From positions 24,304,001 to 24,368,000 of the forward strand of contig OZ210885.1 in the NCBI GenBank assembly GCA_964658305.1: a DNA stretch of 64,000 nucleotides, given 5' to 3'. Each line of letters opens with the position of its first letter. The first letter of the stretch is position 1. Positions 26,062 to 38,682 of the stretch are shown in pieces. This DNA is from Leptogorgia sarmentosa (lineage: Eukaryota). Position numbers and translations under genes: made by a program. The notes under the pieces are model-generated. The model was not told where the DNA came from, ran no database searches, and saw nothing but the letters and a program-made list of their open reading frames with translations.

Positions 26062-28455
26062 TACAATATTGCAATAATAAATATATACATTACACTTAAC
26101 TTTCACCAACTAACTCATTCTGTAAAATTTTCATAATAATATTTTATTGATATCATTTTTGAGTTGTAATACTTTCGATGACTACAGCTTGCGCCAAGGC
26201 AGCATTTCCTACCCTGTGGGTAACCTAGTTATACTATTAATTACATACGCGAGTGACCGTATTGTCGGCGCACGCATATAAACAACTAAGGATGATGAAA
26301 TAGCCCTATTCAACCTTAGTTAAACATAATAAAACCCCAGATCACTGGGCTGCCTATGCCCACGACAAAAATTTTCGACCGCGACAAAAACCCGCGACAA
26401 AAAACCTGCGACAATTAGATTCTCTCACGAAAATATCGTCAAAAGTAAAAACATTGAAACTAGATGAACAAACGCAAAATAAAGATAGTAAAAATAATCT
26501 TTGATATTATTAAGCTCCACGTAATTAATCAAAAACCGTGAAATAACAGAAGCTGAGCAAAATTTTTCGTGTTTTAATGAATTTACAAGTGAAAATTTTG
26601 TTGTGATCAGTATGCGAAATGCCTGTTGCCTCTAGCCTACGTTGTAGACCCTCGGCCTTGGACAACAGCCAGATTTCATTAGTAGTCGTCCAGTTTTTTG
26701 GTAAATATAGATGTAGTTGTCACTATTTGAATCTTTTAATCTTTAATGTTTAAAATAAATTTCAAAAAAAGGTGTTGTTATTGCATGCATTGGCAAATTA
26801 CTACACTTTCACGTTCATATTTTGATTGCCTGCGACGGGCGCCGTTGCCACGTCGGTCACTTCATACTATAACGATACTAATCAGCTAGTATCAGTAGTT
26901 ATAATGATACTAAAGGTTGGCAACTTTACCAAACTTTACACACATACCTCAAAGCAATCGAAAAATACTCAAAATATGTTTATAACAACGCTGAATTAAT
27001 ATCAGAACAAAATATGTACGATACAATTTTTTAATGAACAAAACACATACGCAAAATACCAAATGTTTTTCGAAATTTGCTAATTTTTATATTGTCGCAT
27101 GCGAGATGCCTCCTTGAGCTTGAGGTTAAAAAACAACAAGCAAAACCGCCTCAAAACGACCCATCACCATCATTGACCCATCACCAATCAGTTTTCAATC
27201 GTGAGCTATGTAGGAAACTAGATGGATATTTTCATTTAATCAGCGATACCAACCTCACTTCGGTTACTAGGATAGTACCATAAAAGAAGATATTGCAAAG
27301 ACCGATAGATTTTAAATTTTCGAATTAAGTTTTAAACATGGCCCGAAGACCTGGACCAATCGTGTTTCAAGTTTCGCGCATTTTGTTGCAGGTGTTATTT
27401 AATCGTAACACTAACACAATTTTACAATTTCAGTATTTATAAAATGGATTTCATAACTGATCTGGAGATTGCAGAGTTGCAGAAAACTCTTACGACGCGA
27501 GAAGCAGCCTTCGAGATCCTGAACAATTTTTTGCCTTTGCTACGCAACTCGTTCAGCGCCATTCCGCATACGAACACAAACAGCAGACATGAAGACCGTG
27601 TGTCAGCCGGCTTATTGCCAGAGGGATTCGAAAGTTGGATACCGTTGTCTTCCAGAGCTGACGGAAATTGTCTTTTTCACTCCGTATCTATCTTATTGGC
27701 TGGAAATGAGACGATGTCTGGAATTTTACGTTTATTAACGGTTGCTGAATTATTCGCTCATTCCCATTTCTATGGAGACCACCCTCAGCTTGTTCAATTT
27801 TCGCAAGAATCCGGTTATTCGAAAGCAGCAATTATCAATATTTTCTTGAGTGATGATATGGCTTCGGAGGTCTATTCTGGAAAAACAAACAATGCTCCCC
27901 GTGCGATTGAAAGTCTGGCTATGTCAACCGCAAAACCGTATATTTTCTCCAGTCAGTTCCATATCCTTGCTCTTTCCTCGGTTATCGGTAAGCCAATATT
28001 CTCCATATATCCTACAATTCCAGGAAACACTGCCATCAGGAAAGCGATGCATGGTATATGTTATCCAAGACAGCATTTTCAGGACGCCTCGCTCGTTGAT
28101 GGCAAAGGAGCAGCTCTTCACGTAATGTGGACCAAATGCACTCATTCATCTCTCCATGGTTGGAGACCCAACCATTTCGCACCACTAATACCGTTCCGAA
28201 GATGCCCCGATAGGTTGGCCTTCTCAGAGGTGGTCAGAGTTGGAAAAAAAAGGATGCAACAGTATTCTTTTGTTTGTGTCAAAGCAAGCCAAGAGAAATC
28301 GAACGAGAAAACACCACCAGTTAATAAACAGCGGCAAACATCGCCCCCTCCATTTTCCAGTAAACAACAAGTATCACCTGCATCCGCCACGACTACATTC
28401 AACAAATACAAACCATCATCGCCAATTCTCCCGTCTGCCAAACAGCAACATGATG

Positions 28456-28793
28456 AACAGAAACGCACATCACCGGTCCTTTTTTCCACGAAACAACAGC
28501 AAACGTCGTCACCCATGCCTGTCACAGTTGCTTCCAGCAAACAGAAAAGAACATCACCTGTCCCTTCCTCCACGAAACAACAGCAAACGTCGTCATTCAC
28601 GCCTGTCACAGTTGCTTCCAGTAAACAGAAAAGAACATCACCTGTCCCTTCCTCCACGAAACAACAGCAAACGTCGTCATTCACGCCTGTCACAGTTGCT
28701 TCCAGCAAGCAGAAAAGAACATCACCTGTCCCTTCCTCCACGAAACAACAGCAAACGTCGTCACCCACGCCCGTCACAGTTGCTTCCAGTAAA
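28456..28793 (+). repeat. 84-bp (28-aa) in-frame tandem repeat x4
   Basis: KQKRTSPVPSSTKQQQTSSFTPVTVASS units start at about 28456, 28540, 28624 and 28708. Confidence 0.95.
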
Positions 28794-28917
28794 CGATCTT
28801 CTACGTCTTCTACTGCTGTCAGTTATAGCAAACAGGTACAGTCATCACATATTCCTTTTCCCAGCAAACAGCAACAACAATCTTTTACCACAGATAACAG
28901 TAGACCACAATTCTTAT

Positions 28918-29574
28918 CTGATATTAAATGTGAGCAGGAACAGCTTCAAACTAATCAAAAAAAGAAGACATCGAAAAGACGGAAAAGTATTAATTTGTTT
29001 TCAATACCAAAGCAATTCAAAAAGAAAAGAGATAAATTCCGCTGTAAGAAAGTTGATGTTTCGATGCCAGAGTCTAATGTAGCTGAAACGAAAAGAATAA
29101 CGTCTTTTTTCGGAAAGAAAGAACGAAGTGATGAAAACGTGGAGGACGATTCTTCCCAGACGCCTCAAGTTACTAACACTGTTCGTGATGATATTGAGTT
29201 ATTCCCGTTATCTGGACCAGATGTCAAGTGGTATAAAGAAAAGGGTGTGACTGATATTAAATGTGAGCAGGAACAGCTTCAAACGAATCAAAAAAAGGAG
29301 ACATTGGAAAGTATTAATTTGTTTTCAATACCAAAGCAATTCAAAAAGAAAAGAGATAAATCCCGCTGTAAAAAAGTTGATGTTTCGATGCCAGAGTCTA
29401 ATGTAGCTGAAACGAAAAGAATAACGTCTTTTTTCGGAAAGAAAGAACAAAGTGATGAAAATGTGGAGGACGATTCTTCCCAGACGCCTCAAGTTACTAA
29501 CACTGTTCGTGATGATATTGAGTTATTCCCGTTATCTGGACCAGATGTCAAGTGGTATAAAGAAAAGGGTGTGA
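28918..29574 (+). repeat. In-frame tandem duplication (333 + 324 bp)
   Basis: DIKCEQEQ...WYKEKGV occurs twice; the second copy is 9 bp shorter. Confidence 0.95.
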
Positions 29575-32500
29575 TTGTTCTGGGCAATATTTCAAGGTCA
29601 GACAACCGTGTGGACGAAAACCTATCAGACGAAGGACAAGTACAGTACGTATCGCTAGGTTCAGTTAAAGGGAATTTGAAACAAAATATAGACGAACTTC
29701 CAATAAAACTGAGTAATGCCGGTACTGAAAAGCAACAGCAACATTTGGAAGCAATAATAAGTTTGGCCAATTATATTGTCGAGATGGGCCCAATAGTTCT
29801 CTCCCAAACATTAGCAGCAAGATATAAAGAACATAAAGGAATGGAATCAGTGCGTGTATCTTCTTCGCGATTACTACGTACAATGGCAAAGCATTTAAAT
29901 ATTGCCCAAATATATATCAATGGAAGTGCGTATATTCTAGAAAATCCTGGGAAGAACATGCTTTATCTATTACAATGCATGGAAAATATCAGCAGCACTG
30001 ACGAGAACATAATTAAGGAGAAATGCGAGAAAGTAATCGGGGATGACTTCAACGTGATATGCGATTATTTAGACAGCAAGCGAGACAGAGATACGTTAAA
30101 AGCCATTCTCTCAAAATTAACAAACGTGACGTTTATGGCCAAATTGGCAAATGTGCAACACAAAAGAACATTTCAGCGTGCCAAAAGTCAGGTGGACATG
30201 AATATCCAGCTTTTTAAGCAAATGAAGAATGATTTGGACAAGAGATCAAGCGGCAGTGAAACCGAAAGAAGGAAAAAGCATCGTATTCTTCAGAACATGA
30301 AACTCGAAAAGCTTCGCCATGTTTTTGAGGGTAGAGGGAGAATGATGAAATGTGAGGAGTTTCCTGATCTGACGGCAATAATGGAATATGCATTTGGAAA
30401 GTTTGGAAAGCCACCCACGACTAACAGATACCATTTTATATCGTGCAGCTGACAGCAATACGATGATGAAAGATGCTAGAGAGACTATTTTGGCACTAGC
30501 CCCAAAACAATTCAACATTAGTCTGTCGTCCTGTTTCAACTACACGCAGAATTTTAAAGAGGGAACTTATCAAGCTAAGCGGCATCATTCGGGTAAAGGA
30601 GTAAATGCATGCATATCTCTGCACAAGCCTCCTCGAATCGGCGTTGAAAAGTTTGTCGTTAATCTTCGTTGGTCTACTCACAATGTAAATTTGTCAATGG
30701 ATTTTGCCCATCTTCATACAAATAACGTAATGATAGACTCGAAAGATGCAAAAGCTAAAGTCCATGCAGATGTACAAAAACAGTACAAAAACCGGGAAAA
30801 ACATGGCGAAAAATCATTCTTCCAGATCATGATTGGAGTGCGTTATCTCACAACTCGATAACTCCTATGACTCATCTATTTATGGCGACGGAGCTAAAGC
30901 TGGAGGAAAAAACAGACGAGGAATGTCTATACACAGTTAAAAGAATTGGCGCAGCGGCAATTCTACTAAACCTATCACATTTCGAACCAGAAACTGTTCA
31001 GAGAGTATTCAATGAGATATTTTTACTTTTAGCTAACCCAGCACTTGATAAACATTTTTGCAATCCAGATACTAATAAATTAAAGGAACATTTTATTTTC
31101 GTGGTCGATAATGGCCCGTCTGAGGCGCCTTCCCATCCAATGGTTAAGATGTGGCAAGCGCGAATGCAAGCTGTCCTACAACTGACTTCAATAATGCAAA
31201 AGTCGTTTGCAGAGTATCATAGCAAGCGAAATCCCGTGGAACGAGTGCATGCCGTAGAGAACAGAGTGCTTTCAAACGAAGTTTTCTCCAGTACTGCGGT
31301 CCATAAAGAGTATGAGATAGGTGACGAGCGGCACTTGGCAAATATGGAATACATGGCCGGTGAAGTAGGCAAATGTTTACAGAATGCCCAGTACGGTGGT
31401 AAGTAGTCACACAGCGTGGCATTGGCGACGACGACAAATTTGTATTTGATGACGAAAAGGAACTTTTGTCATTTTTGAGTCGGAGCGAAAAGCTCAAGAA
31501 CGAATTCAACCTGCACTATCACCCTAAGAAGAACAACCTGTGGAAAGAAGTGGCGTTAATATGGGATTTGAATGCTGATTTCGTCGGCTGCTATAGAGAA
31601 GATTATCAGCGGCTGGAAAATACTTTTGACGAGGAAATGGAGCAAACGTGCTTGACAAACAAATATTCAACGATTGTATAAAACCCTGAAATTTCTGAAT
31701 TGTATAAAACAAAGGACAAAGCAGAACTGAAACGACAATGTAAAGAATATGGAATTTCACCCGAAGGGAAGAAACATGAACTTGTACAACGTATCGTAGA
31801 GACACTGAAACTTCCATCACCACCCGCACTTGAGACATATGATGGGGACATCGAGATTTTACCAACTTGTGTAATGGCGAGACAGCGCCTCCGTATTTTG
31901 TAAGAAAGTAAAGGCCGAAATTCCTATACCAGCTGGCATAAGTTTAATCTGGAAGATATGCTTGAACCAATCAATTGCGAGACTTCACTATACTCAAAAG
32001 ATAGTGAAATTTTGAAGAAGAGTGCCACTCCACTGTCAAATTTCGAAGCAATACGGTCTGTTGGAGCAAGCGTTCTCGCTCTTTGGAGCAAGGAAGAGAT
32101 CGGAAATACTGGTTGGAAAACTGGTAAGAGCATAATTATGTTCTCACTTCTCACTTTTATACGATTGCAAACAACATTGATGCAGAGTTTCATTATATAA
32201 TAATTTATTCTCATCAACAGGGTGGTATAGGGCAAAAGTGATAGGCTACGACAATGATAATGACGTAGCAACATTGGAGTTTGACGTCGAGTCTGGTGTT
32301 GAATACGAATACAACGTTAAGAAGGAGGTGAAAGCAAATCGATTAAAACTGGCAAAAGACACCCAAAAGAAGATAGACGATTATGAAGATATCTTTCAAA
32401 TCGGGGCCGTGGTCGAAGTGAGATGGAGTAAAGACGATATTGTTGAAACTGATTTGTTACATGGTAAACGAACTTTTTCACATAGGATGGTGTATGCTTC

Positions 32501-33705
32501 ATATTTATCCACTTCACCGAAATGTTTTCCAATTCTCATTTGAAAACATTTGGGGCCTAAAATTTAATTCATTTACGACACTAACAACTTTTTGTCTAAA
32601 TTGAAATAGTGGTTGAAATAATTTCATTTAGCAATGTCATCAATTTTTATATATAGGTTGGCACGATGCCGAAGTTCAATCATATGACAGAGACGACGAT
32701 GAAATTGACATTCTGCTTTGTGATAATCCCAAGTGGACGTATACCATACCAGTTCTTCCAAAACTAATCTCTGGCACACTGCGCCTGAAGCAGACTCTGT
32801 ATTAGGTAGTTTAAAAAATAGGAACCGTAAATGCTAAATGCCCATATGTGCATGGCCTCGTTTCTTTTGCGAATCATTCGAAGCAGTGAGAGGTGCATGT
32901 CAAATCGATACAATAGGTGGTGCACTTAATTTGAACTCGAGATGGTACAATTTTACCTCCTATATACAGGGAGAGTGCTAAATGAGTGGTATATTCGTGT
33001 TAATTTCATTTGAAATCAGTTGTTTTAATTAACTTCATTAAAAGCAGAACCCGAATCAAAATCACTACAAAAAGTTCGAATGACTACGCAAAGTTTCTAT
33101 ATCTTATATATATGTATCTTCTGATACAGGAGTGCTAGTATGAAGAAATGATTATACAAAAATCATATTTCACAGTTTGTGCTAATGTTTTTCCCCATGA
33201 ATGTCAACGCAATCTTGAATGTGATGACACTATCTCATAGAGATTATACTTTCTATTTATAATATCTTGTATACAGCTAATTTGAAACCTTGAGCGCGCA
33301 AGGTGCGATGGGTATCTTCTTACTCAAGGCCTAAAACGTGCGAATTTTGCATTGAAACTATGGCAAAGCATATAACAAACACTTACAATGTTGAACTAGC
33401 AGTGTGCTAAGATTATTTGCCCAATCAAACGACTTAGAGAGAAGTTCCCCATTACTTTTTGCAGGTTTAACGTTTTTGGAGAATAACCTTTTTGAATGAG
33501 CTGTAATTATCTAGGGTGAAACCCCCTATTTAAAGTCACAGATAAATTGTAAATACCTAAATATGTAAATTTATATTTTAATTGATGAGAACTGTAGTAA
33601 AATTCTAGCAATGTGGATACAGGACGACAAAATTTCGTTTTTACTCCGACAATATGTGTAGGAATAAACGTCACAATCTATGTTGTAATGTACATATTAG
33701 CCTAA

Positions 33706-34063
33706 AGGCCATTATTATACGGAATTTTTGAGTAGATAATTTCGAACATTTCCGAGGGGGTTTGTTTGGTTAATGAAATTTCCTAGGCCCAAAGAAATTT
33801 TAAAAAATCTCTTAGGGGTCTCTATCCATTGATAGAAATTTCTGAGGGGGTCAAGAAATGTTTGAAATTTCCGAGGGGGTACTTTGCACGGGATCTTGTC
33901 AACAGGTATTTCTTAGGGGGTTAAAAAATATTGGAATTTTCTGAGGGGTTCTCCAAAACAGCAGTGATTTTCGGAGGGGGAGAGCTGAAAAAATTTTTCC
34001 GAGGGGGTCTAAAATCGGAGACCTCGTCAACAGGGGGGTGTGGATATTAAATGGAATGGTCCT
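33706..34063. mobile_element. Degenerate MITE with ccgagggggt subterminal repeats
   Basis: Repeated ttccgaggggg motifs; ends aggccatt / aatggtcct. Confidence 0.5.
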
Positions 34064-34079
34064 CATCTGCTTCATTTTC

Positions 34080-35930
34080 AGGATCAAGAATAACCTTTCG
34101 ACTGTTCTCCAAACAAACAGTAACAAAACTAAACGAACATCCTATTAGAGGCAAACTTAGTAACATATGGGCAGTTTCTTGGGCTGCCATATCTCTGTCT
34201 CCAGAGACTTGAATCATAGCTTTCCTGATAACAATTCTGTAATGAAGAAACAGTCAACTTTAATATATCAAATGCTGATTTGGATCTGGGTTCCTCTTTT
34301 GCAGCATACTTGGTCATGTATCTTGCACATGCCTTCTCATCTATAATAACTTGTAAATCCACATTTGCCCGCCAGTTTTCAAGCATCACCCGATTATGTG
34401 AATTCAGTTGTTCATCATTTCTTTTTGTAAGTAACTCAGATTCCACATGTTTTCGCTTCTCACCTACCAATTCCTTTTCGAGTGTTGTCTTGTCTAGTAC
34501 TGGTTTTGGAAAACCAAATCTGCATTCTGCCAACCGGTCCATTCTTTTCTGTCTCAAACAATAAGCAGGCCTGCATCTAGTGTGTTGTTCTACTGTATTA
34601 ACTAACCTGTGGTAATCGTTGTCATGATTGTCAATCGCTGTAGCTCTGACAGTTGATGGAGGAGGTTCTGGTAACCTCCAATTTTGTTCCGGTAACTCCT
34701 CATTGAAGGTTGTCACCAGCCAATCAACATACCTTTAAATCAATGAAATACTTCATTGACAATCAGCAGCAATAATGAGTAAAATATATTCATGCGATAA
34801 TGTAATACAGAGATGATGATAATGAACATCATGAATTTTTGCATCTGTTATTATCATGTCTGGTTTCTCCACATAAATTCTTGAAAATTACATAAAGGAA
34901 ATTTCAGGCATTGTAACAAATTGAAAGGAATTTTTGTTTACATTCACCATGTACTGTATTTGTTACAAGTTCATTAATGACAAAATGTAACAATTTATAA
35001 ACGACAACAGAGCAGTGCACTCAAAGGCCTTAATTTACGCAGGAATTGTAGCCAGATGGCAGCGGATTATTTGGTGAATTTATTTTCTGGGTAATGTTTA
35101 TTCTACATGATTTATGTAGTAGTAGTCTAATCTAAAGGCGACTGCAGAGAGATTCAGATTGGTTTGTAGCGCTTTTGATCTTTCGACTTACATTCGGTAG
35201 TAATTTTTGGTATGTCGTATTTTGTTACTCAATTGCATTGCTAAGGCGAATGTTATACTACAAATATATTTTACTACAAATATATTTGGTATTGTGTAAC
35301 TTGCCCCTTATCACAGTAAACATGCAATTAATAGATTTACTAATTAAAAACAGGTTTTAAAATCAGTTCTGACAGCCAATTAAGTTGCATTATCAGCATG
35401 ATTTAAATGTTTTGGAGCATGATAGTTGTGTCTAAAACAATTGGTTCTTACCGTATTAGTAATTTCTCAGCATCCTCTCCCTTGCCAGGTGTGGATTGTC
35501 AATCACTGCTTGTGCTTGCTCAGACCTGCTTGCATCTTCATTATTCTGCAGCAGTCTTTGCAAGTCTGGCCAATGCATGTCAGCTGCACTAAAAGTAAAG
35601 AAAAAAGTAGGAGCTTCCTGTACTGCTCAATAAGAGCAAGCAATTCTTGGAGCCGCTGATACCAGTACTCATTGGTACCCTGCACTTTCGACACATACCG
35701 TTGTAAACGATTTACCATCTGATTTGCACTCATAGAGTTCACCATTGTCTTCAGCTCTTCCATTGACATGTGTTGGCATCTGCAGGTCACAAGTAAATGT
35801 TTGCCTGTGACAACAACTGATGTCCCTGTTTCATGTTCAATGCCCAATAGGGGAACCATGGGTGAGAAGCAAATCTCCACTCAAACTTACCATTTTCAAG
35901 CCTCTCTGCAAACTAAAATTTAAAAATACT
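34080..35930 (-). mobile_element. Helitron Rep remnant
   Basis: YVSKVQGTNEYWYQRLQELLALIEQ; HTRC..AYCLR, CRFGFPK, KRND..LNSHN, WRANVDLQ and YMTKYAAKEE (catalytic Y..KY). Confidence 0.85.
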
Positions 35931-36769
35931 TCTGTCAAACTTACACTCATTCACAGCATTACCTTCAGTTGATGGCCAGTCTAAAGGGTCAATTCATACG
36001 TCGATTCCTATGTTGGTGAATGGGGGGATGGGTGTAACCGTTCCGCCGGGAGGTCAGCCATCCTTTGATTCTGGACTTTACCCCTTAGTTTTCTGCAGGT
36101 GAGACAGTCGTGGATGACCCGATTGATCGAACGTTTCTCTCCGATTATATTTTGTGAACTCCAGTCGAAATATGAGACGACAAGCAGTATGGCTTACGTA
36201 TTTGTGCTTCGGATCACCTTTTGACACTAAGGGGACTCCCCCAAAGTAGACAAAATGTCCCTGCGCTACCCCCTGACGGGCGCTGCCCTATAATCCCCCG
36301 GTGGCTTTTTTACCTTGTGCTTTGCTCACCTACATGTAAGTGTTTTTAAGTGGTTTTTTGGTCGCTTTTTAGTCCTTTTTCAGGCGAATTTTTCCTTTTT
36401 AGTAGCTTTATTGGCGACCTAAACACATCTTACAAGTTATGTCGAGACATCCCAACGTTCTGCTTCGCGCGACACGTCGCCTCGACGGTCACAATCAAAG
36501 AAGCGTAAATCTTTTCGCTCTGACGACAACAGTAAGGACACGTTGAATACTATTCTGAGCACTTTGCAAGAGCTCAAATCTGACATTAATTCGTGTACTG
36601 TGAGAAAATCGTCACACATCCTGTGTGCGATTCAGTATCCCTTCAAGAGGACCAAGACCTCGACGCTCTCGAGCCCGACAACGACACAATATCTGTTTTG
36701 GCGGAAACCGAATTCGACTGCCCAGATGGCCTCGAACAAGAGCGATTGCCTTCGCAGCCACCAAATCCG

Positions 36770-36845
36770 GCTATTCAGCCACCAATGTCGGCTACTCAGC
36801 CACCAATGTCGGCTACTCAGCCACCAATGTCGGTTATTCAGCAGT
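36770..36845 (+). repeat. 21-bp tandem repeat x3 in the DIRS gag region
   Basis: Units of cagccaccaatgtcggctact. Confidence 0.9.
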
Positions 36846-37622
36846 TATACACGACCAGCTTGAACACGATAATAACATCACTCACAGTGCTCTAAAATTA
36901 CTACTGGAGCAAACTCTTTGTTTACTGGGCTCGGCAAACACACAAAGTGTCTATTTTACGCTGAAAGAAAGAGGCTGAATTAGCGCGAGGCCTTGCCAAA
37001 AATTTGGCCCAGATATCCAAACCAAACAAACCCAAACTCGGTTACAGGCCACGTGATTCACGTTTTTAGGGGGGAACACCAACAGTTTCCAGAAAACCGG
37101 GAAATACCAGAATTTTTGCCCAGGTGCAAAGTTTTTTCGTCCCCCTCGGCCTCAACAACCACAGCAGCTAAAACTTCGGACTCTTCAGTATTAAAAATTG
37201 TTTCAGGGTTAGTCATACCCTTTCGTTGTGTTCCATTTCAGACGTTTCCACAGGAGACCAAAACGCTTCCGTGGTCAGTCCCAATTCTTGAGCAGGAAAT
37301 TCAAAACCTGCTAGAAAAGGGGGCCATTTGCCAAACCTCATTTACACAGGACGGGTTTTACAGTCGGTTGTTTCTGATCCCAAAGAAAGACGGGAGTATG
37401 CGCCCCATGATTGATCTGAGCCCCTTAAATTGGTTTATCGAAACCACACATTTCCAGATGGAGAACTTAACTACAGTGAAGAATCTCCTGAAGCCAGGGT
37501 ATTACATGACCAAGTTGGATTTGAAGGATACCTACCTGTCCGATGCCTACCTGAGTCAGAAATTCCTTCGCTTTCTTTGGCAAAACAAAGTATACCAATT
37601 TCTCTACCTTCCTTTCGGGCTA

Positions 37623-38682
37623 CAGGGGGTTGCCAAAAAAAAAGAGCACCCCTATTTAAAAAGGGCTTTTTCTGTAAATGTAGACGCACATGCGGTATGG
37701 ATAAAATTGCCTCACAAGCATTCAACAAATAGTTCGTGCTAAAAGTGATGGGTTTTAGCCAATCTCACTGTAATCAGTGTGAAACTGTTGCCATCGAGGA
37801 AGCAAATGAGAAGAAAGGGCTAAGAAGAAGATAGGTAGAAACCTTCAATATTGGACTCAGCCTGTGCTAGACGCGAGTGCTTGGAAAGTAGCAACGAATA
37901 TAGACTCAGCTATTCTTAGGCAAAAAAAGTCGTATGAAGGAAAGTGAGAGTGCTGGATGAATGCCAGGTTCTGGAACACCGCACAAGACAAGGATTCATG
38001 AAGACAAGGATTCATGAAGACAGGCTTTTGATGAGAGAGGCTGTTAAGAGATTATCAACTCTCGAATGCTCGCCCAAATATTGCTGACCTCGCACAGCCA
38101 CTAATAAAGCGCACATATATGTAACCAAATATCACCATGGACTAAAACGCCGCCTCTGCCAAAAATAAACCGGAAAATTTAATTCAAACAATCTTCAGTC
38201 CGATTACTCCATGGAGATAACTTGATATGGCAGCATGGCAAGGACTCCCAGGAACGATTCGTATTGTGTAATATTATCTGAAGAATCAATTTTAATTGAA
38301 AATTGAAGTGTTCTTTTGCTAACACAAAGGCCAGACCTCAATCCCATTGAGAATTTGTTGCGAAGCCAGGAGAGAAGACTAGATATGAAGTGTTCATCTC
38401 GAATTGAGGAGTAGTTATTTGAGGACTCAGGGTTGGAAGAATAACAACCATGAATACGTTCATAAACTTGTCTAGAACATCCTTGGGTGCAGTCCACAGA
38501 TCATCAAAGGTTGCGGATATCATATTGCTTACCAAATGTTGTGTTCGTAGAGTGAAATAGGACTATTTCTCTACATCTCATTTGTTGTGCAATCCTTTTT
38601 TTACAACATAAGGAATATGACTTGTATAAACCTTGTTTATTTCTGTGTGAGACAAGGGGGCTCTTTTTTTGGCAACCCCCTG
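37623..38682 (+). mobile_element. Non-autonomous Tc1 derivative with TA TSD
   Basis: ta|cagggggttgccaaaaaaaagagc...gctctttttttggcaaccccctg|ta. Residual PDLNPIENL at ~38331. Removal restores RT PFGLNIAP. Confidence 0.9.

Larger units (their letters stand above)
23290..26228 (+). mobile_element. Non-autonomous Helitron/Helentron-like element
   Basis: Sits at the centre of the palindromic MITE with no TSD. Ends in hairpin taccc-tgt-gggta then CTAG; tgctgcc / ggcagca subterminal inverted motif. Confidence 0.55.
23161..26358. mobile_element. P-element-like MITE (CATAG..CTATG, ~130-bp arms, 7-bp TSD)
   Basis: Arms 23161-23289 and 26229-26358 are reverse complements; flanks are cccgcga / cccacga. 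Confidence 0.8.
22940..26426. mobile_element. MULE-type MITE with 9-bp TSD, hosting nested insertions
   Basis: TSD acgaaaata at 22931-22939 and 26427-26435; TIR gagagaatctaat.gtcgc / gcgacaattagattctctc. Confidence 0.85.
27444..32805 (+). mobile_element. Zator-like DDE transposase fused to OTU (vertnin-like), SAP and two Tudor-like domains; several frameshifts
   Basis: OTU motifs ADGNCLFHSVS and WRPNHFAPL. Transposase motifs SKDAKAKV, LPDHDW, VDNGP and SKRNPVER. SAP-like AELKRQCKEYGI..EGKKHELVQRI. Tudor-like exons joined by introns at ~32125-32220 and ~32465-32657; stop at 32805. Confidence 0.75.

Noticed and set aside
28142..29082. Alternative-frame and antisense repetitive ORFs (211 aa, 280 aa)
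   Set aside because: Shadows of the 84-bp repeat in the main ORF.
33745..34010. Spaced ccgagggggt repeats resembling a CRISPR array
   Set aside because: Short, irregular MITE subterminal repeats in eukaryotic DNA, with no cas genes.
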